Part shown: in pieces, positions 1 through 11,938 of the stretch
How positions within the stretch are numbered: the stretch's first letter is position 1
Layout: each line of letters starts with the position of its first letter
NCBI GenBank assembly: GCA_051362555.1
Contig: CM120649.1
Span: forward strand, 11,718,001 to 11,782,000
Direction of reading: 5' to 3'
Length of the DNA stretch: 64,000 nt
Origin: Lingula anatina
Taxonomy: Eukaryota; Animalia; Brachiopoda
Translations under genes and position numbers: made by a program
The notes under the pieces: model-generated
The model's input: the letters and a program-made list of their open reading frames with translations, nothing else
Database searches by the model: none
Told to the model about the DNA's origin: nothing

Positions 1-185
1 TATAGAAACTTGCACCGTGTATTTGTGTATGTTAGCCTTTTATGTGCGGAGAAGTTTGGGGAAGGAAGTTAAATGTTGGCAGACGTGACGAAGTGTTACA
101 GTTAGGACCAAAAGTCGGGATAGCTCTGAACCCCCCATGCCAGAGAAGCTGGTTAGAAAGAGGCAGCTATAGCCTCATTCGAAGA

Positions 186-194
186 CAGGTAAGA
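186..194 (+). other. Strong 5' splice donor, candidate end of a non-coding first exon of the LRR gene
   Basis: CAG|GTAAGA with GT at 189-190. Pairing with the acceptor at 5778-5779 is inference. Confidence 0.45.
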
Positions 195-1575
195 CATACA
201 GCCGAAAAGAGTAACAGACTGGGCATATCGTCCACTTGTAAAAGTATTTGCCTTTCGTCATCAGAGCAAACTTTAGCAGTCGGATCAGCTGCACCCTTTT
301 GCTCCATTATAGCTTAAAGTGGAAGATTTTATTTCGTTGCTGATTAAGAAGACACGTGTTTCAAAAGGGCGAATCTACATGTAACTCCCTTTCACGTGCA
401 TGTTTTTTCCTAAAAACGGGTGGATTTTTTTTCCTGTCTTTTGTATTCGTAAATGTGTTCTCTTTAAAAGATGGCAGAAGAAGGAGAATTATAGGAGTAA
501 AATATTGTGATTATATAATGTGATTATAAAGCCCCGCTCTAAATTTGGCAATAAATTAAGGGATAGGGAAACGAGTAATCAGCAGTTTTGTTTCCCAGTA
601 GTTACTGTAGACTAGCAGAAATTACAAGCACTCAAAGGCATATGAATTTTCGTAGAAGACGACTCGGCCATAGTACATACAAGAAAAGACAGAGGATCTA
701 CCGAATCAGCTGATATTGAGTTTATATGTACAGAAGCCAACGCAAAGTGACTAGATATAGCTTACGATAGCAGAAGTACGATAGCCATACATTGTTGGTA
801 TAGAACCGTTTATTATGATGAGCAAAACCACTTATCTTCTAACCACACTGGCGTCCACCGTCATGAGCCACTACAAAATGAAAGCTTTTACCAAACTCTA
901 ATAACCCAGTTAAAGACCCTTATCATGACACTGACCACCGCAAAGACCGGGTCCACTACGACGGACCCTCCCTCTTATCTTGAGTGTATTACAGCGCAGG
1001 TCATTTAGCTGAAGTGTCCTTTGGTCAGCTCGATACAATGAGGACGACCTGCTGCATCAGGTCTCAAGGGCGGTATACCTGACGTTATTTTGGAGGTACG
1101 AAAACCACAGTAGAGATTTTAGTCTTTTGTGATTTGAAATGTAAAAGAGTGACAGTTGTTTCTTTGTTGTGACAGTGACATATGACGAGCATATACCGTA
1201 GATGTCGCTTTGGCTTTCTGTTATGCACATATAGTAAGACTGCAAAAACGACTAAGGCATTTGATACGAATTTGTATACCTACGCACAGACGAATTCAAA
1301 GGCCTTACGGTAAGGACTGATTTTACAATATGGAGGTTTACTAGCTGACTGTGTTCTTTCACAAGGTACTGGTTCAACTTAAACTGATACACGTACAGTA
1401 TATGTCGATGAGTCGATATAGAACCCTTTTAGAGAAACCCCTTCTATGCACATGCAGGTGACCTGTCCTGTAGTACTAAAATTGAGGAGTCCTGTAGATA
1501 AGAAGCGTTACTAGTAGCAGAAATATGGCTTTTTATATTGGGTGCTCGTACGGTATTGAGGCTTTTCTTTGTAGC

Positions 1576-1576
<1 letters not shown>

Positions 1577-1652
<76 letters not shown>
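1577..1652. repeat. Compound (GT)n(GA)n microsatellite
   Basis: Directly visible; explains low-complexity ORFs 1444-1868. Confidence 0.95.
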
Positions 1653-1657
<5 letters not shown>

Positions 1658-2598
1658 GGGATGGGTGCGGGTTGAGGCTGCGGCTTAGAAAGGGACACAA
1701 TGCGTCTGATCCTACATGAACTTCTAGATTGACAACTTGAATCCAGTGCGTATCGGTGCTTTTAAAATTAAAATCAAAATTGCAGTCCGTCTTGTCAAGG
1801 GAAGGAAGTTGCCTACCAGGTAACACATACAGCGTATTTACCTGAAGTCTGCTATGTTGTAAGAGCAACTTTTAACTAATTCATGAGCACAAGCTGAAAT
1901 CTTATCCTAACGACATGTATTGTGTACGAGATGTTTGATCTGGAGCTCCCTGTTATCAATTTTAAATTAAAATAGCATTGTAACGAGGCTGCAGTGGAAA
2001 CCAAAGCTGTGTTTTGATATACGAAGTCGTTACCGTTGTACAGTAAGTGTCCAGCATTATGTGACACAAGTTTGTTAACAGATTTGTTAAAAAAAAGTGA
2101 AACAGGCATTTATACAGAAAACGTTAAATTTCTTCAGTAACCCCTTTTTCCCCAAGTATGATGAGAAAAGTAGGGCATAAGTGTAGAAAGTCGATTTTGA
2201 GGCCAAGATATCGAGCTTTTTAGAGTCAGGGGAGATCCACAAATCTCTTCGGGTGCCATATATTCCTTCAGTAAGAGAGCGACTGATCTAGAGAATTAAA
2301 ACTCATTAAAAGTTTATGGATCGTAATTTAGAGAACAGTTTTGGGTAGGGTATGCATTGGTTAGCAAGGAAGATATTGAAATATCCAGGAGTACTTAAAT
2401 TGTGAGTGTTATGGATAAGGGGACATACGTACGTCGGATGACTCGACTGAAATCTGATGGGTCGAGGGTACGGCACGCTCATATTAGACTGTCAAGTCAT
2501 CGGGAATATAAGTTGGTCGCCACACGAAAAAAAAATCTATGTGCAAGGTATTTGAAGTCGTGTGGAGTTCCTGGCGCCAATAGCAGTCTCCCCTGGGC

Positions 2599-2601
<3 letters not shown>

Positions 2602-2651
<50 letters not shown>
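2602..2651. repeat. (CT)n microsatellite
   Basis: Directly visible. Confidence 0.95.
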
Positions 2652-2654
<3 letters not shown>

Positions 2655-4197
2655 GGGGGAGGGGGGTCACAGAAGTTAAAGCGGCACGAATCTATGTGGA
2701 TGTGTTTTCTTAGCATGTAAAGCAACTACAACTAGAGATGAAATGCAGTTCTAAATATGTCCTTGCCTCTGATTACTCCCATTAAACTCCCTTTAGTTTT
2801 CAACAGTAAAGCAGGAAAGTTAAGACTGGACGACACGAATATACCGTGTAGTGTTCCGATACTGTAGAACAGCAGCATTCATTTTCAAATGTCTTTCAAA
2901 ATAGAATCATAGGTCACCGCCATCTTTCAGGCTGTCTCCGTTGAAAATGACTACCGATTCTTCATAATGATATATATTGTGGGTTAGTCCATTTGCGTCG
3001 ACTGTATGTTAAATTTAGAAATAATATCTAAGTGGACGGGTCATAACTTAAAGTGGACAATCACCTGTGATATACGCAGGTGTTCTGAGTGGACAAATTG
3101 CTTTTTAGCAGGTGATGGTCAGTTTGCATGACAAACTTGGAAATAAATGCTAGCTTGGCAGATAGACAGATGCGTTTATATGATATGTACTTATTTTCTC
3201 GATTTGTTTCATTTAAAACTTATGTGCAGACGTCCTTTGTTACCAGACTGTTTTTGAGGTTATAGTTATACCATGTGAGCACGAAGGTTATGAGTTCTTC
3301 ATCGGCATTGGTTTCTCTCCACCAGCATGTGAATGGATGACATCTTTCAAAAAGTTCTGCTGGAATTTTGAAAGATTCGTGAGACAAACAGGTATTCAAG
3401 AGAGAAATATGAATTGCAATTTCAACTGAATCGGGCATTCTGATATTTCTAAAAGATTGTTTATGTCTTTTTTCTTTTGTGAGAGTATGCGCCCTCTCTA
3501 GTTTGAGAATATTTCATGTAGAATCTGGTGTACATTAGTAGTATTTGGTATGTGATATTTCAAGTGTGCCCATGTCACTATAAGAGTACGACAATTATCT
3601 GGAGGCGTAATTGAGACCTATCACGACATTTCATCACTGGAAAAGTCATAAAGAATTTAGATCATAAATTATTATACAGAAACCTCGCAATGTACGATGG
3701 AGATGAAAAGACAGTACGCTTTGATGTGTGCCATAGTACGTTGCAATGTCACAAACATAAACGTTCATCTTCACAGTGCCAGAAGTAAGGAGTTCTATAT
3801 ATACGGCTTTAATACTGATATATGTATGCGTTCATTAACTTCGGGGAAGTACAGGGGTATATTATTCAACTGATGACTTTGTTGTTCTCACAATTCACTG
3901 TAGTAGAGAGCATTTAAAGTAATTTTTCTTTCCCAAATGAATTTCTTATGTTAAGTCAAATTTCCAGATGTATTAATTTAAAGAACTATGAACAGCAGTG
4001 CCGTCAGTTCTAAAAATCATGTCTTTGATAAAAAATTGAAATAAAATAAAAAATCAATAAACAACAGATCTAGGATCAGTCGTAGGTATTTTGTAATCAT
4101 TTTTTATTTTTAGTATTACTTTTTTGCATATTATAGCTTTAATATGACTAGTACTATTTTAGCCTTAAGCATCCGCCAGCAGGTCCAGGAGATTACA

Positions 4198-4200
<3 letters not shown>

Positions 4201-4248
<48 letters not shown>

Positions 4249-4426
4249 TGGGGGGAGGGTACTGTTATGTGTAAGGCACGGGGATGAAAAAGATGGTTAG
4301 TTTGTGTCATTTCACCAGTTGTACAATTTTTAAGGGAGGGAGTGTAGAGGGGGTCCCTTTGTAGTTATTTTTAGGAAGGACGTAGCCTACCTGTTACAGT
4401 CCCCCCCCCCCCCCCCCCCCCCCCCC
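4201..4426. repeat. (TG)n tract (4201-4245) and poly-C tract (4401-4426)
   Basis: Directly visible. Confidence 0.9.
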
Positions 4427-5760
4427 GATCCATTGCAATATTTCCTCAAATTGTTGTGCACGACCAAATAATCTATCCGATCAAGACCTCATAAGGATGA
4501 TTTTATCAAATCGTACATAAATAAGTCGGGCACCCCAATTTACGGGTAACTCGCGTCCAAATGCATTATAAATTGAAGATAAAATCATGTTGATTCAACT
4601 CGTCCCACTTCGCCTGTCTATTTAATTTCCTCTTAGTGTGACGAGATTCAATTATAGATAGAGTTAACCGATTAAAGAATGGTAAATTAAGCTGTGAGCA
4701 AACTAAAAGACCGTTTCAAACCACGTGCGTCTGAACAAGAATCAGAATCAAGTCAGCTCGTCTTTTTCTTAAATTTGTAAAGAATCAAAGTTATGGGGAT
4801 GTTATTGTTTCTTTTCAAGCGCTAGTACAACAATTAACTATTGATGTTCAAAACGTATAGAGATCGACAAAAGGAAAACCTGACTCAACCCGAATTTGAA
4901 AAGATGGTCAGATTGTAAGACGATAATAGTGTTGCTGTTGTTGTTAAAGTAAGCGGACCATAGTCCATGAAAAGTTAATGGAAAATTAATGTTTCAGTTG
5001 TATAATAGTTGGTATAGGGTACTGTATACATCAAAACTGAGCGCACAGAGTAGATGTTTTTGCATTAACATTCGGTTTATCTGGAATATTTGGGGTCCAC
5101 TTTTTCGTTGGTATTTGCATGTTGAATAGGGTGAAGCTGTTTGGAACGATGAAGAAGAAATACCATGGAAGGATCAAGGGTTTGCTTGGGCGGGTGAGTG
5201 GGGGGGGGGGGGGGGTGCATAGGGATAGAAAACATTGCTTGGTCTTGTCATTTGTTGCTCGTACTACTTTTTATTGGGGTAGTTATCTCCAAGAATATGA
5301 AGGAGGCATGTTCCCTTCAACACTGGTACCCCCCTTTCCCTATATTCAGTCACTGACACGTCATCTTATCGGTCTTATGTCAACATCTTACTCTGAGAGA
5401 TGCTTACTACTTCACTTTTCTATTTTCATTAAAGTGATCTTCGCTGTGAACAGACGAAACACAAATAACCAGCAAACACAAAGCTGAGCTGTGCTCGAAA
5501 CTTTCAAGTTCCTTGACGCTTAAGTGTGTAAATATTTAATGTCTTTTTTTCTATCGATTTTTAAAAGTTTCTTTCAAATTGTACAATGGAACCCCGGAGC
5601 AGACGCAATTGTTGTTTTTTGTCAAAAAGAAAACGAGTCAAGTTTAGTTTTTTTTTCAGCTGCTTATGGATTGCTCTTCAGTCTTGATGGGAGAAGTAGA
5701 GGAAGTTTGATAAGATACACAAGCAACTGTGATTTTATTGAACAGTAACAAAGATAATTT

Positions 5761-5779
5761 CTCTATTTTTCCATTTCAG
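5761..5779 (+). other. 3' splice acceptor ahead of the LRR coding exon
   Basis: Pyrimidine tract ctctatttttccatttcAG; exon would start at 5780, 66 nt before the ATG at 5846. Confidence 0.75.
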
Positions 5780-5845
5780 GGCCGAGATTAAAATATTGAT
5801 GCAGACGACAATGTCCTGATATATATTCACGTGACAGCGCTGACG

Positions 5846-7435
5846 ATGGAAGACGGAGGTCCCACTTGGCATCTCTTCCTCCAAGTCATTCTTGTTTTTG
5901 GATGTGCTCCTTTCATTGATACGTCATGCCCTGGAGGATGTTCATGTACCATAGAGATCGTGGATTGCCGAAACGGGGATCACACACAGATCCCTTGGAA
6001 TCTACCGGATGTGACGTCAGTGAAGGAGATGTATCTTAACCACAATCACATCGTTTCAATAGTAGCAGAACTAAGAGAATACGGAAATCTGGAAGTTTTG
6101 GATTTATCTGATAATCAAATATCGTTGGTTTCAAACTTCTCATTCATAACGTCCCGCAGTTTAAAGGTGCTGAGTCTTTCCAGTAACAGAATGACGTCAC
6201 TCAAAGCAAACACATTCGTGGGATTAACTTCTCTTCAAGTTTTGTTATTGTCGGGTAACTCCTTTTCTCATTTGGACGGCGGAGTTTTTGCCGCCCTAAC
6301 CAGTCTCAATGTGTTAGACCTGAGTTCAAGTGGAATTTTCAGTATTGACACACGTGCGTTTGATGGTTTAGGGAGCTTGCGCACTCTTAACCTGTCGACG
6401 AATTCACTCACTTCTGTCCCTTCGGCTCAACTGCGCCAGGTGCCCAACTTGGTGACACTTACACTGGATGACAACAAAATCAAGACGCTTCCAGCGAAGG
6501 CTTTATCTTGTGACCGGTTCCCCAAACTACAAGCTCTTAGTATTAAATACAATCGTGTGATGTCAGTCTCAAAAGCAGCATTCGTTGCCTTAAACTGCCG
6601 CAGCAATTTGAAAACATTGCTTTTAAATGGTAATTTATTGACGGAAGTTCCCACCGATGTTATCCGAAATTTGCCGAACTTGCACGAGTTTGACATCTCA
6701 AGTAATCTCGTCAGCACGATACGAGTTGGTGCTTTTTCTGATTTGCCGGAGTTGCAGAAAATATCAAGCTCCTATATGCCTCAACTTACTGTGATTGAAA
6801 AAGGCGCTTTCACAAACTTACATTCCTTAACATATCTAAAAATTTCCCACAACTCAAAACTAAGGGAAGTTCAAGATGGTGCTGCTTTTGCATGTCCGTC
6901 CCTTATTAGTCTTTCTTTGAGAGGAAACGCTGTGGAAAACATTGGTGAACTTTCGTTTCCATGGGAACAGTTAACTCACGTTGATCTGGTAGGAAATCCA
7001 TGGCGGTGCGATTGTGACTTACAGTGGATGAAACGTCTCCTGCTGTACAACCAATCAAAAGCGGAGGCGCTCTCGCGAGATCTTGTCACGTGCAAAAGCC
7101 CACATTCTCTTGCTGGCAAGAGGATCTCGGAACTGAACGCAGACGACTTCAAAACCTCGTGCAATCATACAGGCACTAATCTATTCAGCAATCACATCGC
7201 TCTAGGTCTCAGCCTGGGTGTGTTTGCGGTGACTTTAGTCGTTGTGGCAGCGGTGCTGTTTAGACACAGGACTCGGATTGGGAGAGCTCTGCAAAAGAAA
7301 TGTGCGTTTAAGAAAAGGAAGCACCTGAGCACGGAGGACACGGACGATCTTTGCTTTCACGAGGAAGCGCGGTCTATGACACCGATTGTACTGAACGGTT
7401 CATGTACTTGCCCTAACCATTCTGGCAGCGCTTAA
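5846..7435 (+). CDS. Leucine-rich-repeat type I membrane protein, Tartan/Capricious-like (529 aa)
   Basis: ATG in good Kozak context (acgATGg); the ORF track start at 5831 is a GTG. Hydrophobic signal peptide (WHLFLQVILVFGC), LRRNT (CPGGCSC..VDC..IP.NLP), about 13 LxxLxLxxNxL repeats, LRRCT (GNPWRCDCDLQWM..VTCKSP..LAGKRI..L...DF..C), TM helix IALGLSLGVFAVTLVVVAAVLF, basic stop-transfer and short tail. No Ig, FN3 or TIR domain. The FPWEQLTHVDLVGNPWRCDC segment resembles Tartan/Caps (from memory, no search run). Confidence 0.92.
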   Translation: MEDGGPTWHLFLQVILVFGCAPFIDTSCPGGCSCTIEIVDCRNGDHTQIPWNLPDVTSVKEMYLNHNHIVSIVAELREYGNLEVLDLSDNQISLVSNFSFITSRSLKVLSLSSNRMTSLKANTFVGLTSLQVLLLSGNSFSHLDGGVFAALTSLNVLDLSSSGIFSIDTRAFDGLGSLRTLNLSTNSLTSVPSAQLRQVPNLVTLTLDDNKIKTLPAKALSCDRFPKLQALSIKYNRVMSVSKAAFVALNCRSNLKTLLLNGNLLTEVPTDVIRNLPNLHEFDISSNLVSTIRVGAFSDLPELQKISSSYMPQLTVIEKGAFTNLHSLTYLKISHNSKLREVQDGAAFACPSLISLSLRGNAVENIGELSFPWEQLTHVDLVGNPWRCDCDLQWMKRLLLYNQSKAEALSRDLVTCKSPHSLAGKRISELNADDFKTSCNHTGTNLFSNHIALGLSLGVFAVTLVVVAAVLFRHRTRIGRALQKKCAFKKRKHLSTEDTDDLCFHEEARSMTPIVLNGSCTCPNHSGSA

Positions 7436-8339
7436 GAATGTACTAACATCATATAGAATCATATCACCATATCCGCTCTTAATATTTCTATCCAGACTGC
7501 CTCAACATTGGCTACATATCAGTGGCTTCTTCCTCACAGGTGTGAATCATACCAAGGAGTTCCACATGAACCTCCCTGATTACTAGTATATTGTCGTAGA
7601 TGACAGAATTCTCTTCGCTTGGACAGGACTGAGATTAATGTATTCAGAGATTTATTTGACAAGCACATTGAAATTATGCCGAAAGACAATTTTTTCCAAT
7701 TCATTTGTCGGCTAATTATTTTTAGGGTCGGACATGTAGTAGTAAAAGGTGACTGGGTCAGGCCTATCTAATCTTCATCTTTTAAGTCACGTTTTATACG
7801 CGGTCTTATTTCTACTGCAACGAGAAAAATTTACTCGAATATTTATACTAGATACATCACAGCTATTTAAGAAGTATAACTCTCTTTTCAACTTTTAATT
7901 TAGCGGCTAATGTACTTGTATTATAACAAAAATACGTTCATTATACCCAACTCCCGTCAGCAAATTTTTTCAAAGAAATTATTTTTATCTGGATACCATG
8001 GTGTTGCCTTGATAAGCTTTTTGATTCTTACAAGACACCTGTTCTTATGACATACATGTATATGTGTGTTGCTAAAGAAGCTTTAGAGTGACCTTATTAT
8101 TTCTTATACAATGTAATATACATGTAGGTCCTTTTTGCAACATGCAGTACAGACTGTATTGCTTAAGTATACCGTATACCTTTAAGAAGAAAGGCCTTGC
8201 CTGTGCTAAGATGTAAATCCTCTATCATCTTGTTGTTGTTGTTGTTGTTGTTGTTGTGTGACTTTTCGTGTTGTTTTAATGTACCGCTGTCCTAGAAATT
8301 GACTCATTTCCGCTCATATTGTTTTATGTTTCCGATGAA

Positions 8340-8345
8340 AATAAA
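8340..8345 (+). other. Candidate polyadenylation signal of the LRR gene
   Basis: AATAAA about 0.9 kb after the stop, followed by T/GT-rich sequence. Confidence 0.45.
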
Positions 8346-8400
8346 TGCTTAATATGCTACAGGATGTTTAATGTTATTCTGGGAAACTCTTTATCACTGT

Positions 8401-8574
8401 CACTGACGGATTCAGGGTTTTGTAATTGGGATGGAGGTGCGCCGAAGGGGCAGGAATAAGAATGCCTTGCCTCACTTCGCTTGACAAGTTAGAAATAATA
8501 CCCACTAGAGGTTTGCATTTAATGAGGCACATTAAAAGATTTAATTATTTTTGCTCCGTTTTGTTACTTTATTC

Positions 8575-8623
<49 letters not shown>

Positions 8624-8738
8624 TGGGGGGGGGGGAGAATAAAGGGGAGGGAGTCTCATCGGAGTTCATTGGAGGGCTGGGGGCTTGAGAAGTGGAACAC
8701 GTGGACCACTGTACATGTGCCTCTTGGATCCACCACTT
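8401..8738. mobile_element. Degenerate MITE of the CAG(T/G)GGCGGATCCAGG...GGATCCGCCACTG type, containing an (ATT)n tract
   Basis: Left end cactgacggattcagg, right end ggatccaccact; similar termini at 12401 and 28472. Confidence 0.5.
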
Positions 8739-10951
8739 CGTCTTTGAATTTTCTCCTATCATTTTCTACTATGTCAAATAACACGGAAACAAACAGAAAC
8801 GCACCGTGATCACCTAGTCTGTGGTGTTGCATACCAATGTACTTCATATGGAGAGTTTTAATGAACACAATATCAAAGTGTACATGTATCTACATTACTC
8901 AGCTTGTATACAAATAAAGCGAAGTATTATGAATAAACAAATAAATAAAATGGCAAGGCTGGACATTAGTCGCTCTCTTGGCTAATTATGCATTCAAATA
9001 GCAAAAAGTACCTTGGCAAACAAAGAGGTACAGAGATTATCAGCTAGACAGTCGGTGCTGGCTCAGTCATGATACCAGACCGCTCCAGTATAGTACCTGT
9101 AAAAAAGGAAATCCTGTGCTTTGCCAGGAGCGGTTCAACTCTGTGAGATAAAAAACAAAACCTCTATCAATATCCATTATGAGATTAGGTTAAAAATATA
9201 AAGGGCCAGCCCGTGGATGTCATGGTTTTTCTACCAATTATCCACGTTCCAGCCCTTTATTTGTCTTTAGGGGCGTCTCTGTGGATTATGAGACGAAATA
9301 TGGAAAGGAGACGCAGTAGCTTCGGGCAAGACTATATCATAATCAACGCATAAAATGTACGTCGTTAAAAACAACGTACCAATCGGCTCTATGCTGGGTG
9401 CTTTCTGGTCCCTATCGCCTACTTAATTATCGTGTAAAATACACAGTCTGACTAATGAATAAACCCCGCAATGAATGAGCAATTAAAAGCGAAATTAGCC
9501 GTGGAATTACAACAGCACACTACGCACGTTGAGGGAGAGCTGTGAGATATTTTCTACGGGAATCTGACTTTTGCTGCGGCTGTTATGGAAACATATCAGT
9601 GAATAAAAGGTATAGTATGCTTTCAATGTGATGATGGATGTCCGTATTGCTTGTTCATTGACAAAAACGCTGAATTCATAACGAGATTGTAGTACACGGG
9701 CATGGCTCATAGAGCTTACTTAGTACATATAATCGTCTATTACATGTAACTCACTGAGAACCTGCATGTACTCAAGTTCTTCATCATTTTCATGATAAAA
9801 GAAAGTCTGCCAACACTACGCATTTAAGCGATTTCTGCCCATTATTAAGTATTGAATCTCGTTCTGTACGGTGCTATTTTGTTATCAAAATTATATTAAA
9901 CTGTGTCCTACACATCTTAGTATTATAGTGTTGACATCAGTGTTGCCGACAGACCGTCTGAGGATGACAGTTGGAGTCTCATACAATGTATTTGCGGGGA
10001 CTCATATTTTGCATTTCATGATATACAATTAAAATGAGATGCAAAAATAAAAAAAAACTGTCATAAACAAGAAAACTTGATAATGTTTTATTGAAAGAAT
10101 ACCTTGTCGATGTGAAAGCTCACATAGTATGTTAATATTGATATTAATTAGAATACGTTAATGTTGTTAATGTATCTCTGTTTTTGTATCATCTGCTAAG
10201 TATTTTAATAATTCGATAATGGTCTAATGATTTGCCTGACTTTACTATTCATGTCAATATGCATTTTTATATATTCTATGGAGAAACCCTAAAAAATGCA
10301 ATATATATGTTTCTAGGAAGACACACACTTATCATATCTTCTTACTCAAATTATTTCGGTTAAAAATATCTCTTTTGTAAAACGTGTTTCATTTTTAAAA
10401 CAAATTAACCTAATTTATTCGTTTTGCATATTGTCTTTCTTCGATTAAAAGCTTAAGAGCTATATGAATTTTACTGGAGGCAAATTCCTTTCTCAAGAAC
10501 TTGTTGTGTCTATAAGGTGAAGATTAGTCATCATAGGTTACCATATTATGAGGTACATATTATGTAGCTTTGAACTCTTTCAAGAGAATTCAGGTCTCCA
10601 TGGTGATTAATTAAATATCTATGTTCAAGAAATCAGGGCTGTGAAACAACAAAAGATGTTAACCTTACCCAATGAGCTTTTTAATCTTGTTTTTATTTCT
10701 TTTTTTAACGACGTTATTCATAAAACTTTATGTATTTCTGTATCAAAATCGCATATATGAATAAGTTATAAGAAATTGGTTTGGAATGGTGCCCAAGATT
10801 TGCATTTGTGCCATGTCAGTTCTGCATAAAGGGTGATACATGTACTTTTATAGACCATTCGACCCATTCTGGTCCAAGAACAGTCTTTCTTTCCTTGTGT
10901 TATAATAAAGCTCTTCTGTGTCCAATTTTACTTCTTTCAGGTGGTACCAGA

Positions 10952-11659
10952 ATGCCTCACGGCAGCATCCGGAAGTCCGCCTCTGCACCTGCGGACCTTC
11001 TCCAGAAGCGATCACTTGTCCAGCAACAGATACTGGCTGGACTGTCCGGGACGAAAAAATCAGAGAACAAATCGCCGGAAAATAGCAAGAAATTCGAGTG
11101 CGGCTTCAGTGGCGTTTATCTGGGGAATGTTAGTTCCGAAAATATCGACATTGGTCCGGAATGTAGTAATACATTGGTGGAGTTGATGTGTGAGTTGCCG
11201 ACAGTGTGTCAACTTGATTACGACGCAGAAAAAGGTGCCACAGAAAGTGGTTGCAATACCAGTGCTCTGCAGGACAAAATAATGAAAATATTCGTGGATG
11301 TTAAGCAAAGCCGGATGGTTATGTATAGGGTGGATCCGTCGTCTGCTGTACTTGATACTCTCTCGTTCGATCTCGCGAGAATTGCGTACTGCTGTACCGA
11401 CCATGTCTGTCGACCAAATGTTCTTTCATGGATTTACAACCAAGAAACAAAACATGGATTCAGACTACAGTGTCACGCAATAGAATTTGATAGCCACAAA
11501 AAGGTCGTTATCGTCGCGGCAAAGATACAGCAAGCCTTTCAGAGTTTTTTGACAGACATGGAAAGTGCTCTTCATTCTAGCTCCCTCCTCGCTAAGGCGA
11601 ACACAGAAAAGGGCAATTCGAGATCTGATGAAATTGATGTTATTTTAGAAAAATACTGA
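10952..11659 (+). CDS. Divergent FAM43-like PTB/PID (PID_2-type) domain protein (235 aa from the first in-exon ATG)
   Basis: Acceptor ttttacttctttcAG at 10939-10940, ATG 11 nt later. Motifs FSGVYLGNV and RIAYCC..P.VLSWIY..E....LQCHAI align by eye with YKVRYLGNV and RILYCV..PRLFAWVYRHE..ELRCHAV of the FAM43 protein at 54764. The 10781 start is TTG and probably intronic. The frame is open across the acceptor, so an upstream coding exon is possible. Confidence 0.82.
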   Translation: MPHGSIRKSASAPADLLQKRSLVQQQILAGLSGTKKSENKSPENSKKFECGFSGVYLGNVSSENIDIGPECSNTLVELMCELPTVCQLDYDAEKGATESGCNTSALQDKIMKIFVDVKQSRMVMYRVDPSSAVLDTLSFDLARIAYCCTDHVCRPNVLSWIYNQETKHGFRLQCHAIEFDSHKKVVIVAAKIQQAFQSFLTDMESALHSSSLLAKANTEKGNSRSDEIDVILEKY

Positions 11660-11932
11660 TTAGCAGAAAGACATTTTGTACATATTTCAAACACTGTTAT
11701 TTATGTTAGCTTTATAATGTTAACTGGTGCTGCGGGTGTGACAGGATTGCGCTCATGCATGACGCTTGGCTCCGCTACCGCAATCGTACTCGAAATAAAT
11801 CAAATCATTACAAAACAGTCTTCGTGTGGTCGAATTATTTTGCTCTCTCTCTCTCTCTCTCTTTCTCTCTCCATCAATAATGGTGATGTTCATGTTTTTT
11901 TATGACACACGGGCTATCTGATATAAATCTAC

Positions 11933-11938
11933 AATAAA
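11933..11938 (+). other. Candidate polyadenylation signal of the PID-like gene
   Basis: AATAAA; another at 11794-11799. Confidence 0.4.

Noticed and set aside
5831-5845. ORF-track start of the LRR protein (MTALT)
   Set aside because: The codon is GTG; the ATG at 5846 has good Kozak context and precedes the signal peptide.
7262-7435. LRR tail as ligand for the neighbouring PTB proteins, or the gene as a Toll-like receptor
   Set aside because: No NPxY motif (no Tyr at all) and no TIR domain.
10781-10940. N-terminal extension of the PID-like ORF
   Set aside because: Starts at TTG and runs through a pyrimidine tract and acceptor, so it is most likely intron.
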